64,000 nt of DNA from an uncultured Bacteroidaceae bacterium (GTDB taxonomy: Bacteria > Bacteroidota > Bacteroidia > Bacteroidales > SM23-62). Position numbers and translations under genes: made by a program. Of the stretch, positions 49,833 to 59,988 are shown one piece after another. Where the stretch lies: the NCBI GenBank assembly GCA_964574985.1, contig CAZNPH010000002.1, positions 113,263-177,262 on the forward strand, written 5' to 3'. Every line of letters starts with the position of its first letter. Position 1 is the first letter of the stretch. Below the pieces are notes generated by a model. That model worked only from the letters and a program-made list of their open reading frames with translations, did no database searches and was not told the origin of the DNA.

Positions 49833-50620
49833 GCAGGGAGGACCGGGATATAAGAGCGGATGCGCGCATCCTGCGCAAAATGAAGGTTCTTTCAGACCAA
49901 CAGGGCATCATAAACCGGTATCTGCGGGAAAAGGATCTCTGGAACGAACACCTGGAAAACAGCAAATCCTTTATCACCGGGTGCTTAAAGAAAAGGATGG
50001 CCCGGAACATACTGGTACTGGGCAGTGGGTGGCTTCTCGACCTGCCGGTGGATTATCTGAGAAAACATGCCCGGAATGTGCGTCTGGCCGATATTCATCA
50101 TCCGCCCCAGGTAAAACACAGGCTGGCCAGAGAACATGTGTTTACTCTGGAAGAACTTGACCTCACAGGGGGAGCAGTAAAGGCATGTTATGAAGTTTCC
50201 AGGGAGTACAGAATGAACCGAAGGAAAACTCCCGTCGATGAGATTCCGGTAAATGCCCCTTTTGCCGGCACCGGTGCTTATATCATTTCGCTCAACATCC
50301 TGAGTCAGTTGAATGCCCTGGTCACGGAGTATCTCGAGCGTTTCGGCATCTACAGCCGGGAGGAGCTTGACAGGTTAAGCCGGAGGATACAGGATGTCCA
50401 CCTCAAAGCATTGCCTCCGGGCAACAGCTGTTTGATCACCGATTGCGAAGAAATAATTATCAACAGGAAAACAGGAAGTAAGCGTGTACGCGGACTCCTT
50501 TATGTTCCCCTGCCAGGACAATACAGCCGGATACGCCGGTGGGAATGGCATTTTGATTCGGCGGGCCGGTATCACAAAGACTCATTCACCACCATGAAAG
50601 TCAAGGCACTCGAATTATAA
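49829..50620 (+). CDS. Hypothetical protein (possible Rossmann-fold, methyltransferase-like)
   Basis: 263 aa with an ATGA overlap with plsC. The only hint of function is a glycine-rich segment, NILVLGSGWLLDLP. Confidence 0.45.
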   Translation: MSREDRDIRADARILRKMKVLSDQQGIINRYLREKDLWNEHLENSKSFITGCLKKRMARNILVLGSGWLLDLPVDYLRKHARNVRLADIHHPPQVKHRLAREHVFTLEELDLTGGAVKACYEVSREYRMNRRKTPVDEIPVNAPFAGTGAYIISLNILSQLNALVTEYLERFGIYSREELDRLSRRIQDVHLKALPPGNSCLITDCEEIIINRKTGSKRVRGLLYVPLPGQYSRIRRWEWHFDSAGRYHKDSFTTMKVKALEL

Positions 50621-50738
50621 ACGGTTTCCGGAGTTCCTGGCTGCACCGGGCAATTGGATCCGCCCCCGGCGTTCAATAAAGGGTTTGTTGTTCATTCCGT
50701 TGTTGAAAAACAAGTTCCGATCCATATTTTGTTTTGTA

Positions 50739-50746
50739 TATATTTG
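50739..50746 (+). promoter_or_regulatory. Candidate -7 box (TATATTTG)
   Basis: Matches TAnnTTTG, 18 nt upstream of ATG 50764. This supports the shortened parE start. Confidence 0.45.
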
Positions 50747-50763
50747 TGCAAAATTGCGGGAAA

Positions 50764-52602
50764 ATGACTGCCAACTATTCGGAAGAATCCATAAAAACGC
50801 TTGACTGGCGGGAGCACATCAGGAAACGCCCCGGTATGTATATCGGGAAGCTTGGTGACGGGTCATCCAGGGATGACGGCATTTATGTTCTACTGAAGGA
50901 GGTCCTGGACAATGCCGTGGATGAATTCATGATGGGTTACGGGAAAGTCATCGATATTACCATCAATGACAAGATGGTCAAGGTCCGGGATTTCGGCCGT
51001 GGCATACCCCTGGGTAAATTGATGGATGTTGCTTCCAAAATGAATACAGGCGCCAAGTATGATTCCAGGGTATTCAAAAAGTCGGTCGGATTGAACGGTG
51101 TGGGCATCAAGGCCGTCAATGCACTTGCTTCTGATTTTCAGATCAAATCCATACGGGACGGGCATGCGAAATGGATCAGATTCTCCGAGGGTAATTTTGT
51201 CCGGGAGAAGGATCTGACTGATACCGGACTGAAAACCGGCACCATTGTCTCCTTTGTCCCCGATGAATCCATGTTCGGAAATTACCATTACATTTCCGAA
51301 TATGTAGAAGCCCTGTTAAAGAATTACATTTACCTGCACAGCGGATTGAAGATCATTTTTAACGGCAAGGAGTTTGTTTCCAGGAACGGGTTGCTGGACC
51401 TGCTCAATGAAAACCTCGACAGTCCGGGCCTGTACCCGGTCATCCACCTGAAAAACGGAGATATTGAAATTGCCATGACCCACGGCAGCCAGTATGGCGA
51501 GGAGTACTTCACCTATGTCAACGGGCAGTATACCCCGCAGGGCGGCACCCATCTGATCTGTTTCCGTGAGGCCCTGGTGAGAACCATCCGCGAATTCTAC
51601 CGGAAAGACTTTGAGCCTGCGGATATACGTGCATCCATTGTGTCTGCACTGAGCATCAAGATCGAGGAACCTGTATTTGAATCACAGACCAAAACCAAAC
51701 TCGGTTCCAGGAACATGGGTCCGGACGGCCCCACCGTCAGGAATTTCATTCATGATTTTGTCAAAACAGAACTGGACAACTACCTGCACAGGAACCCCCA
51801 AACCGCCGACATTCTTCTGAGGAAGATTCAGGACTCAGAAAAAGAAAGAAAGGCCATATCAAACATCAAGAAACTGTCCCGGGAAAGAGCCAGGAAAGCG
51901 AGTCTGCACAACCGCAAACTCAGGGATTGCAAGGTGCATTACAATACAAACCACGAAAACAGACTGGAAACCACCATATTCATCACGGAAGGTGATTCGG
52001 CAAGCGGATCCATTACCAAAGCCAGAAATGTAATGACCCAGGCGGTTTTCAGTCTGAAAGGGAAACCTCTGAACACTTTTGGTCTGACCAAAAAGGTGGT
52101 TTATGAAAATGAAGAATTCAATCTGCTGCAAGCGGCATTGAACATTGAAGAGGATCTTGACAACCTGAGATACAAAAATGTGGTCATCGCCACGGACGCG
52201 GATGTTGACGGGATGCACATCAGGCTTTTGCTGATCACTTTCTTTCTTCAGTTTTTCCCCAACCTGGTCAGAAAAGGGCATGTATATATCCTGCAGACCC
52301 CTTTGTTCAGGGTGAGGGATAAAAAGCAGACCCTGTATTGCTACAGTGGGCAGGAAAAGGAGAAGGCGGTGCGCAGGATGGGGGGAAAACCTGAAATAAC
52401 CCGGTTCAAAGGTCTGGGGGAGATATCCCCGGATGAGTTCAAACATTTCATAGGAAGGGACATGCGCCTGGAGCCGGTCACCCTCAGCAAGGAAGATGCC
52501 GTATCAGAATTGCTGAAATTCTACATGGGAAAAAACACCCCTGAAAGGCAGGACTTTATCATCGGGAACCTGAAGCTGGAAGAAGATCTGGTTGAAGCAT
52601 AG
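50764..52602 (+). CDS. parE: DNA topoisomerase IV subunit B (type IIA, ParE-like)
   Basis: Contains [14 protein letters not shown], a GHKL ATPase fold, and Toprim motifs ([15 protein letters not shown]). ~612 aa, paired with the ParC-like gene. Confidence 0.8.
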   Translation: MTANYSEESIKTLDWREHIRKRPGMYIGKLGDGSSRDDGIYVLLKEVLDNAVDEFMMGYGKVIDITINDKMVKVRDFGRGIPLGKLMDVASKMNTGAKYDSRVFKKSVGLNGVGIKAVNALASDFQIKSIRDGHAKWIRFSEGNFVREKDLTDTGLKTGTIVSFVPDESMFGNYHYISEYVEALLKNYIYLHSGLKIIFNGKEFVSRNGLLDLLNENLDSPGLYPVIHLKNGDIEIAMTHGSQYGEEYFTYVNGQYTPQGGTHLICFREALVRTIREFYRKDFEPADIRASIVSALSIKIEEPVFESQTKTKLGSRNMGPDGPTVRNFIHDFVKTELDNYLHRNPQTADILLRKIQDSEKERKAISNIKKLSRERARKASLHNRKLRDCKVHYNTNHENRLETTIFITEGDSASGSITKARNVMTQAVFSLKGKPLNTFGLTKKVVYENEEFNLLQAALNIEEDLDNLRYKNVVIATDADVDGMHIRLLLITFFLQFFPNLVRKGHVYILQTPLFRVRDKKQTLYCYSGQEKEKAVRRMGGKPEITRFKGLGEISPDEFKHFIGRDMRLEPVTLSKEDAVSELLKFYMGKNTPERQDFIIGNLKLEEDLVEA

Positions 52603-52614
52603 AAAATCATTTTT

Positions 52615-55254
52615 ATGGACAGGGAAGAAAATAAGGCCGGAAAACAATCCGCTGTTGAGGATAATGGGATACAGGTGCCTCCGGAAGATTTGCACAAAGT
52701 GGTGCACCTTTCGGGAATGTACAAGAGATGGTTTCTCGATTATGCTTCCTATGTGATCCTGGAGAGGGCCGTTCCCGATCTCAAGGACGGACTGAAACCG
52801 GTCCAGCGGAGGATCCTTCATGCCATGAAGGAATTGGATGACGGGAGATACAACAAGGTGGCCAACATCATCGGCCATACCATGAAGTATCACCCCCACG
52901 GGGATGTGTCCATAGGCGATGCCCTGGTCCAGCTCGGGCAAAAAGAATTGCTGATCGATACCCAGGGGAACTGGGGCAATGTACTGACCGGGGACGGGGC
53001 CGCGGCATACCGGTATATAGAAGCACGGTTCTCCCGCTTTGCCCTGGATGTGGTCTTCAGTCCCAAGGTGACTGCCTGGAAACTTTCCTATGATGGCCGG
53101 AACAGGGAACCCCTGACCCTGCCGGTTAAATTCCCGCTTCTTTTATACCAGGGGGTGGAGGGCATTGCGGTCGGACTCGCATCCAGGATACTGCCCCACA
53201 ATTTCAATGAGATCATTGATGCTTCCATCCATTACCTCCAGGGGAAGGATTTTGAACTATATCCGGATTTTCCCTCAGGTGGACACGCCGATTGTACCAG
53301 GTACAACGAGGGGATCCGGGGAGGGGTGGTCAGGATCCGGGCAAAAATTGAAAAGAAAGACAACAAAACGTTGGTTATAAATGAGATACCCTACGGTAAA
53401 ACCACCATTTCACTGATCGATTCCATCATCAGGGCCAATGACAAAGGAAAGATCAAGGTCAGAAAGATCGATGACAACACCTCTGAAAAAGTCGAGATCA
53501 TTATTCATCTTGCCCCCAAAGTATCCCCTGACAAAACCATTGACGCCCTGTATGCATTTACAGATTGTGAAGTGAGCATATCGCCCAATGCATGTGTCAT
53601 TGATGAGAGCAAGCCCGAATTCATCGGTGTGCATGAAATACTCCGGCGTTCAGCCGATCAGACCGTGGACCTGCTCAGGCGGGAACTGGAGATCCGCCTT
53701 TCCGAACTTGAAGACCAGTGGCACTTTGCCTCATTGGAAAGGATATTCATCGAAAAGAGGATCTACCGGAAAATTGAAACCTGTGAAACCTGGGAGGCGG
53801 TGATCGATACCATTGACAAAGGCCTGGATCCTTTCAAGGAACTGTTGAAGCGTGAAGTAACCAGGGAAGACATTGTCCGGCTTACCGAGATCAGGATCAA
53901 AAGAATATCCAGGTATGACCTGAACAAGGCCGGGGAACATATCAATTCCATTGAACTGGAGATCGGGGAAGTGGAAAACCACCTGCGCCATATCACCGAT
54001 TATGCCATCAACTATTTCCGGCAGGTGAAAAAGAACCATGGCAAAGGCAGGGAAAGGCAAACCGAGATCAGGAGCTTTGAAACCATTGTGGCCACGAAGG
54101 TGGCTGCCGCCACCCAAAAACTGTATGTAAACCGGAAAGAAGGGTTTTTCGGCACCGGACTGAAGAAGGAGGAATATGTTTGTGATTGCTCGGATATCAG
54201 CGACATCATCGTTTTCAGAAGGGACGGGGCCTATACGGTGAACAAGGTAGACGAAAAGGTCTTTGCCGGAAAGGACATCATTCACATTGCGGTATTCAAA
54301 AAGAATGACACACGCACCATCTATAATCTGATATACCGGAACGGGAAAAAAGGCCATGCCATGATCAAAAGAACGGCCATTACGGGAATTACCCGGGAGA
54401 AAGAATACAATCTGACCCCGGGCGGAAATTCCAGGATCCTGTATTTAAGTGCCAATCCAAATGGTGAAGCGGAAATTGTCAAGGTATACCTGAAACCCAA
54501 ACCCAGGTTAAGAAACACCGTGCTTGAAGCGGATTTCAGCGGCCAGGCAATTAAGGGGAAGAATGCACGGGGGAATATCCTGACCAGGCATGCGGTTCAA
54601 AGGATCGTCATGAAAGAGAAAGGCGAATCAACCCTGGGAGGCAGAAAACTATGGTTTGATGATGCGGTCCTGCGTCTGAATGCCGAGGGCAGGGGCAGAT
54701 GCCTGGGGGAGTTTTCCGGTCATGACAAACTCCTGGTCATAACCGCTTCGGGGAAATTCAGGCAAACATCATTCGATCTGTCGAATCACTTTGAGGACGA
54801 TCTGCTTCTGATTGAAAAATTCAAACCGGGGAAAGTATTTTCTGCTGTTTATTTTGATGCCGGCCGGCAATACCATTACGTGAAAAGGTTTGAGCCCGGG
54901 ATTACCCATAAGCCCGTGAGTTTTATCGGGCAAAACCCCGGGTCAAAACTCATCAGGCTTACGGAAGTTGAATACCCCCGGCTGGAAGTGAGTTTCGGCG
55001 GAAAGAATAAAGACCGCAAACCGGAAATCATAGAAGTGTCGGAATTCATCGGTGTGAAAAGTTACCGGGCCCGGGGCAAACGGCTGACCAGATATCAGGT
55101 AGATCAAATCAAGGAACTGGAGCCAGCGGTTCGGGAAGACCCCGCGGATCAAGCCGGTCCTGACGGAAAATCAAAGGAAGGAGGCATGGAGGAAAAACCG
55201 GAGATGAAGGCAGGCAGGCACGATGATTCGCAAATGATGCTGGATCTGAAATAA
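52615..55254 (+). CDS. parC: DNA topoisomerase IV subunit A (ParC-like)
   Basis: 879 aa. Contains DGLKPVQRRILH and the catalytic Tyr region AAAYRYIEARF. The C-terminal beta-pinwheel region has an acidic tail. Confidence 0.8.
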   Translation: MDREENKAGKQSAVEDNGIQVPPEDLHKVVHLSGMYKRWFLDYASYVILERAVPDLKDGLKPVQRRILHAMKELDDGRYNKVANIIGHTMKYHPHGDVSIGDALVQLGQKELLIDTQGNWGNVLTGDGAAAYRYIEARFSRFALDVVFSPKVTAWKLSYDGRNREPLTLPVKFPLLLYQGVEGIAVGLASRILPHNFNEIIDASIHYLQGKDFELYPDFPSGGHADCTRYNEGIRGGVVRIRAKIEKKDNKTLVINEIPYGKTTISLIDSIIRANDKGKIKVRKIDDNTSEKVEIIIHLAPKVSPDKTIDALYAFTDCEVSISPNACVIDESKPEFIGVHEILRRSADQTVDLLRRELEIRLSELEDQWHFASLERIFIEKRIYRKIETCETWEAVIDTIDKGLDPFKELLKREVTREDIVRLTEIRIKRISRYDLNKAGEHINSIELEIGEVENHLRHITDYAINYFRQVKKNHGKGRERQTEIRSFETIVATKVAAATQKLYVNRKEGFFGTGLKKEEYVCDCSDISDIIVFRRDGAYTVNKVDEKVFAGKDIIHIAVFKKNDTRTIYNLIYRNGKKGHAMIKRTAITGITREKEYNLTPGGNSRILYLSANPNGEAEIVKVYLKPKPRLRNTVLEADFSGQAIKGKNARGNILTRHAVQRIVMKEKGESTLGGRKLWFDDAVLRLNAEGRGRCLGEFSGHDKLLVITASGKFRQTSFDLSNHFEDDLLLIEKFKPGKVFSAVYFDAGRQYHYVKRFEPGITHKPVSFIGQNPGSKLIRLTEVEYPRLEVSFGGKNKDRKPEIIEVSEFIGVKSYRARGKRLTRYQVDQIKELEPAVREDPADQAGPDGKSKEGGMEEKPEMKAGRHDDSQMMLDLK

Positions 55255-55266
55255 AAGGGATACATT

Positions 55267-55773
55267 TTGAGAATATTCCTGATCGGTTTTATGGGTTCGG
55301 GAAAAACCACCCATGGAAAAGCCCTTGCCGGTATGATGGGTTATGATTTCATTGACATGGATGAACGGATCAGCCGGGATCGGCAGAAATCCGTCGAAAA
55401 AATATTCCGTGAGGGCGGAGAGGATGTTTTCCGGAGGTATGAACGTGATCTGCTGGCCAGACTGGTCAAAATGGATAATATCGTGGTATCCACCGGAGGC
55501 GGGGTCCCCTGCCGGGAGGATAATATGGAGCTGATCAACCGGCACGGATTGTCGGTATACCTGAAGCTGGAAGTCCGCCACATCGTCAGCCGTTTGCTGC
55601 ATTCTTCGGGCAGGCCTTTGATTTCCGGAAAAAACAAACAGGAATTGACCATTTATGTGAGGAATGTATTAAAAAAACGTTCGGAATATTATGAAAAGGC
55701 CCGGCTGATCATCGATGCACGGGATCTGGAAACCGCCGGCCTTTGCCGGGAAATTCAGGAAGCTGCACTATAG
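55267..55773 (+). CDS. aroK: Shikimate kinase
   Basis: Apparent TTG start. Contains IFLIGFMGSGKTT (P-loop) and VVSTGGG. Confidence 0.85.
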   Translation: MRIFLIGFMGSGKTTHGKALAGMMGYDFIDMDERISRDRQKSVEKIFREGGEDVFRRYERDLLARLVKMDNIVVSTGGGVPCREDNMELINRHGLSVYLKLEVRHIVSRLLHSSGRPLISGKNKQELTIYVRNVLKKRSEYYEKARLIIDARDLETAGLCREIQEAAL

Positions 55774-56571
55774 GTTGAAATCATGGTCACCCCGTTTTTC
55801 GGACCGGGTAAATTCACTGTCCGGATCCAGATGAAGATATTTCACCAGGGCCCTGGTACCGATATAAAAGGGAATGGTGTCAAGCAATGCAGAAACCATT
55901 TTGAATACATAATTGGAAAGGATCAAAACCAGAAGTGCATGAAACACCGTTTCTCCGGGTTGGATCTGAATGGCATTGGTGGCGTAGAAATAGGTGATGG
56001 TGACCACGGACAGGGAATCGACCATCTGGCTGGTCAGTGTGGAACCGTTGTTTCTCAGCCACAGCATTTTCCCCCGGGTCAGTTTTCTGATCAGATGGAA
56101 AATCTGCACGTCAACAAATTGTGCGGTCAGGTAGGCGATCATGGATGCTATGGTTGCCCCGAAGGTCCATTTCCGGATCTGAAAGAAAGTCCGGCTTGGA
56201 TCTTCCAGTGCAGGCAAACCGTTGTCCACAAGCTCAGGATGGGGGGGGAGGGCTCCGCCCACCCACATGATGAACAATACCCATATATTCAACAGCAACC
56301 CCACCCACACAACGGTACTGGCCCTCTTTTTGCCATACAGTTCGCTGATAAAATCGGTGCACAGGAAGGTAATGGGATAGGGAAGAACCCCGACAAAAAC
56401 CACAAAAGGGACCTCCATGCTGTTTATCCTGAATGAAAGGTCTATTTGCCTCGAGATCCCCAGAATATTAAGAATGGCAAGTGTTCCGAGAAACATTCCG
56501 GACAGTATGATGAAAACAATCTCCCTGCGGCGGCTTATCTTTTTATCAACTTTGTCACCGAAGTCAAACAT
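55768..56571 (-). CDS. yhhQ: Queuosine-precursor transporter (YhhQ/VUT, DUF165 family)
   Basis: 267 aa, polytopic. Contains LPYPITFLCTDFISELYGKKRA, typical of YhhQ. Confidence 0.75.
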   Translation of the reverse strand: MFDFGDKVDKKISRRREIVFIILSGMFLGTLAILNILGISRQIDLSFRINSMEVPFVVFVGVLPYPITFLCTDFISELYGKKRASTVVWVGLLLNIWVLFIMWVGGALPPHPELVDNGLPALEDPSRTFFQIRKWTFGATIASMIAYLTAQFVDVQIFHLIRKLTRGKMLWLRNNGSTLTSQMVDSLSVVTITYFYATNAIQIQPGETVFHALLVLILSNYVFKMVSALLDTIPFYIGTRALVKYLHLDPDSEFTRSEKRGDHDFNL

Positions 56572-56791
56572 GAGATCCTGAATGTACCTCTTTAATTACG
56601 GGATTATGACGAAACCGGCGTTTAATTTATGAAATAAAATTGAAAACCTAACAATTTATTGATAAAGCCATCGCACCCTATGGTTATTTTGACTAAATTT
56701 ATGACCGGTTTTTCAAGAAGATCAATATGCCCTGGCGCTATACGCAACAGGGCAGCAAAAGCGGGGATGTTATGTTTCTTATATCAGCAGT

Positions 56792-59700
56792 ATGCCTCGT
56801 GGAATATACAAAGCATTGAATATTGAACAGGAAGAAAAGACCACTGTCCTGTTGCTCATCGTTCAATCGGTTTTCCTGGGAACTTTTTACGGCGCTTTTG
56901 ACATCGGTGCCCATGCCTTGTTCCTGGACCGCTTCCCTGCCCAAATGATCCCCAAGGCTTTCGTGGTATCCGGTTTTGCAGGCATCCTGATGACCTCTGT
57001 ATATTCCTGGTTCCAGGCCCGGATGAAATTTGCCCTTTTTACCCTGGCCAACCTGTTTTTTATTGCTGCCGTCAGTTTTTTACTGTGGATGGGTTTTTTC
57101 TTTACCGGCGGTGACCGGCATGTATTCATAATATTCGTGATGATGGGTCCCCTGAATATTATTGCCTTGCTCGGATTCTGGGGTACCGTCAGCCGGATGT
57201 TCACCCTCCGGCAGGGGAAACGCTTGTTCGGACTGATCGATACCGGACAGATATTCGGGATCATTCTCGCCAGCTATGCCATACCTTTTCTGCTTTCTTT
57301 ACAGATCGGCACACGTGATTTGCTACTGATCAGTGCTATAAGTATATTGGCTGCCCTGGTTTTCCAGTGGATACTTACCCGGAAATTCGAATTGGAGAAA
57401 GGTTCAAAACAAGAAGAAGAATCCGGAGAAAAAACCGGTTTGTTTTCCCTGCTGAAAAATCCCTATGTGCTTAACATGTCGGTCTTTGTCGGTTTGTCGG
57501 TTATGGCTGCCTTTTTTATTCATTATTCTTTTCTGGCAGTCACCAAAGAGAATTATCCCGAGAATGTCGATCTGGCTGCCTTTCTGGGATATTTTAATGG
57601 CACCCTGATGGTATTCAGCATTTTGATTAAAACTTTTGTGTTCAGTAAATTGCTTAAGACATACGGCCTGAAGCTGGCCCTTGTGCTGTCACCGATTCTG
57701 CTTTTCATGTTCACCGTTTTTGCAGTGCTGGTAGGGCAACTTGGAGGATATACCGCCGCTGCGGCCAGCTTTACGTTTTTCTTCCTGCTGATCTCGGTCA
57801 GCAAATTATTTTCAAAAGCACTGCATGATTCGATTGAAGCCCCGTCTTTCAAAATACTGTACCAGTCCCTGAACATCAACATCCGGTATCATGTGCAGGC
57901 CAGGGTAGACGGGACCATTAACGAAATATCCGCCCTCTTTTCCGGACTGATGCTGACCGGACTGGGAGCCATTGTTTTTATAAATCTCCTGCATTTCTCG
58001 TATTTCCTGCTGATCATATTGCTGGCGTGGAGCATTGCGGCCTTTGGTCTGTACAGAAGCTACAAGAGATCCCTGAACGAATCGCTTGCCAGGTATAAGA
58101 AATCCGGGGAATTGGTTGAAGAAAGCCGGAAGCGGGAGGAACCGCATGCAGCCGATCAAAAAGGATCTCCCCGGGAGCTGATCAACACGGTGACCCTGTA
58201 TGAGATCGCTTTTCCGGAGAAGCTCAGGGACTATATCCGTGATGTTTTGAAAAAGGCCTCCGGCCGGATGGGGAAATTCCTGCTGAACAAAATCGGTGAA
58301 CATGAGCTGTTCACAATGAAAGAAGCATTGGATCAATGGGTTGATGATAATCCTGATGAAGAGATCAAAACCCTTGCAGGCGACTTGTCTTCGCGGTTTG
58401 ATGAAGTTCTTTCGGCAAATTATTCCTTTGAGCAGCTTGAAGATGGAATGAAATCGCAGGATCCGGAAAAAAGAAAACTGACGGCCGTATATATCGGGTT
58501 TCATCCATCTGCTGAATACACTCCGCTCGTGAATATATTGCTCAGGGATCATGACATCACGGTCAGAAGGTCTGCGATCGGGGCCGCGGGTGCTGTTAAA
58601 TCCGGGGAACACGGTCCTGTACTGGTTGAACTTCTCTCCGGGCCGCTGTACCGTGAGGCCTCCGGGGCGCTCGTCCGCATGGGAGCCGCTTCGTTGGAAG
58701 GGCTGTCCCAGGCATTTTACCGGACAGGGGTTGAAGAGAAAACACTGGTCAGGATCATGAGAATCCTTCCCGGGATCGAAGATCCCGGCGCCCGTGCACT
58801 GTTGATGACACATATTGATCATTACAGTGCAGATGTTTCCCGGCAGGCGGTTGCATCGTTGCGGGAGATGAATTATCAGGCAGAGGCCGGGGAGGTTCCC
58901 AAAATGATCGAGCGGATCAAATCACACATAGGTGTCATTGCCTGGGATTTTTCAGCTTCGTATTCGCTGGAACAAAATGCTGGTTTCGATCACCTGCACA
59001 AGGCCTTCCGGGATGAACTTGCTGCTGATTTTGACCTTTTGTACCAAATGCTGTCCATTGCCTACGATCCCAGGAGCATCCATCATATCAGGAAAAACAT
59101 TGAAACCGGAACCAGTGAAAGCATCGGATTTGCCATCGAGCTGCTGGACCTGTTTATCGCAGAAGACCTCAAAACAGTACTGTTCGCCGTGCTTGAGGAT
59201 GCGACACTTCCCGAGAAGATCAGGCAGCTTCAGCAGTATTATCCGGTGAATCCCGTTGATATCCGGGAATTGTTGCTTTCCCTCATCAACCGGAACCCGA
59301 ATCTGGTGAGTTCCTTCACCCGGGCATGTGCAGTCTATTATCTTAATATGCTTGAAGATTACCAGGCAAACGATGATCTGGTTGCCCAGCTGTTCAATCC
59401 CGATCCGATGCTCAGGCAGGTTGCCGGGATCAGGTTGAAGGAGATGGATCCGGAAAAATATGCATCGGCACTGCGAAGATTGCCGGAAGAATGGCAGCAT
59501 GAAATGAGGGCATGGGCAGAAGACAAAGCGGATACAAATGGAGAGCTGATCCTGGAGAAGGTTTTTTATTTGCTCAAAAATGCTTACTTTTCTGATTTGC
59601 ACGGGGAGGTTCTTGCCCGGATGGCGCGGGAATTATATACAATTGAAATGAAGCCCCGTGACGAATTGAAATTGAGCCCGGATTCTTCTGCAGGCAGGTT

Positions 59701-59983
59701 ATGCTTTTTCGTCACCGGGGAGGTCAATGTTTTTCTGGGTGAACAGTTGCTTGAAAAACCCGGGAAAGGGGATATGATCGGTTTCCTGCCACTGCAGTAC
59801 ACGGGTGAGCAAAGTGTAACCTTGCGGGCCCTGAAAAAAAGCATATTGTATTATCTGGACAGCAGGATCCTCGATGAACTGATGTACGACCATCCGGATC
59901 TGGCAAGGGCAATATATGACTGGATGAATGAGTCCGGGCAGGAAAAATCAGAAAAAGGCAGGAGGCACGCAAAAGCGGTTTAA
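56792..59983 (+). CDS. Fusion protein: N-terminal ~12-TM MFS/nucleotide-transporter-like domain, central HEAT repeats, C-terminal cyclic-nucleotide-binding (CAP-type) domain
   Basis: 1063 aa. The first ~420 aa are polytopic. HEAT-like repeats are present (LLRDHDITVRRSAIGAAGAV...LVELLSGPLYREASGALVRMG). The C-terminal cNMP-like beta-roll reads LEKVFYLLKNAYFSDL...GRLCFFVTGEVNVF...GDMIGF...TLRALKKS. Confidence 0.65.
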   Translation: MPRGIYKALNIEQEEKTTVLLLIVQSVFLGTFYGAFDIGAHALFLDRFPAQMIPKAFVVSGFAGILMTSVYSWFQARMKFALFTLANLFFIAAVSFLLWMGFFFTGGDRHVFIIFVMMGPLNIIALLGFWGTVSRMFTLRQGKRLFGLIDTGQIFGIILASYAIPFLLSLQIGTRDLLLISAISILAALVFQWILTRKFELEKGSKQEEESGEKTGLFSLLKNPYVLNMSVFVGLSVMAAFFIHYSFLAVTKENYPENVDLAAFLGYFNGTLMVFSILIKTFVFSKLLKTYGLKLALVLSPILLFMFTVFAVLVGQLGGYTAAAASFTFFFLLISVSKLFSKALHDSIEAPSFKILYQSLNINIRYHVQARVDGTINEISALFSGLMLTGLGAIVFINLLHFSYFLLIILLAWSIAAFGLYRSYKRSLNESLARYKKSGELVEESRKREEPHAADQKGSPRELINTVTLYEIAFPEKLRDYIRDVLKKASGRMGKFLLNKIGEHELFTMKEALDQWVDDNPDEEIKTLAGDLSSRFDEVLSANYSFEQLEDGMKSQDPEKRKLTAVYIGFHPSAEYTPLVNILLRDHDITVRRSAIGAAGAVKSGEHGPVLVELLSGPLYREASGALVRMGAASLEGLSQAFYRTGVEEKTLVRIMRILPGIEDPGARALLMTHIDHYSADVSRQAVASLREMNYQAEAGEVPKMIERIKSHIGVIAWDFSASYSLEQNAGFDHLHKAFRDELAADFDLLYQMLSIAYDPRSIHHIRKNIETGTSESIGFAIELLDLFIAEDLKTVLFAVLEDATLPEKIRQLQQYYPVNPVDIRELLLSLINRNPNLVSSFTRACAVYYLNMLEDYQANDDLVAQLFNPDPMLRQVAGIRLKEMDPEKYASALRRLPEEWQHEMRAWAEDKADTNGELILEKVFYLLKNAYFSDLHGEVLARMARELYTIEMKPRDELKLSPDSSAGRLCFFVTGEVNVFLGEQLLEKPGKGDMIGFLPLQYTGEQSVTLRALKKSILYYLDSRILDELMYDHPDLARAIYDWMNESGQEKSEKGRRHAKAV

Positions 59984-59988
59984 ACGAT

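Noticed and set aside
56572-56640. Possible preQ1-I riboswitch in the yhhQ leader (minus strand ...CGCCGGTTTCGTCATAATCCCGTAATTAAAGAGG...).
   Set aside because: There is some resemblance: a GGTTTC..CCC element, an A-rich tail and an AGAGG. But only a 3-bp P1 can be drawn, and the A-rich tail does not match AUAAAAAACUA. This is not supportable without a covariance-model score.
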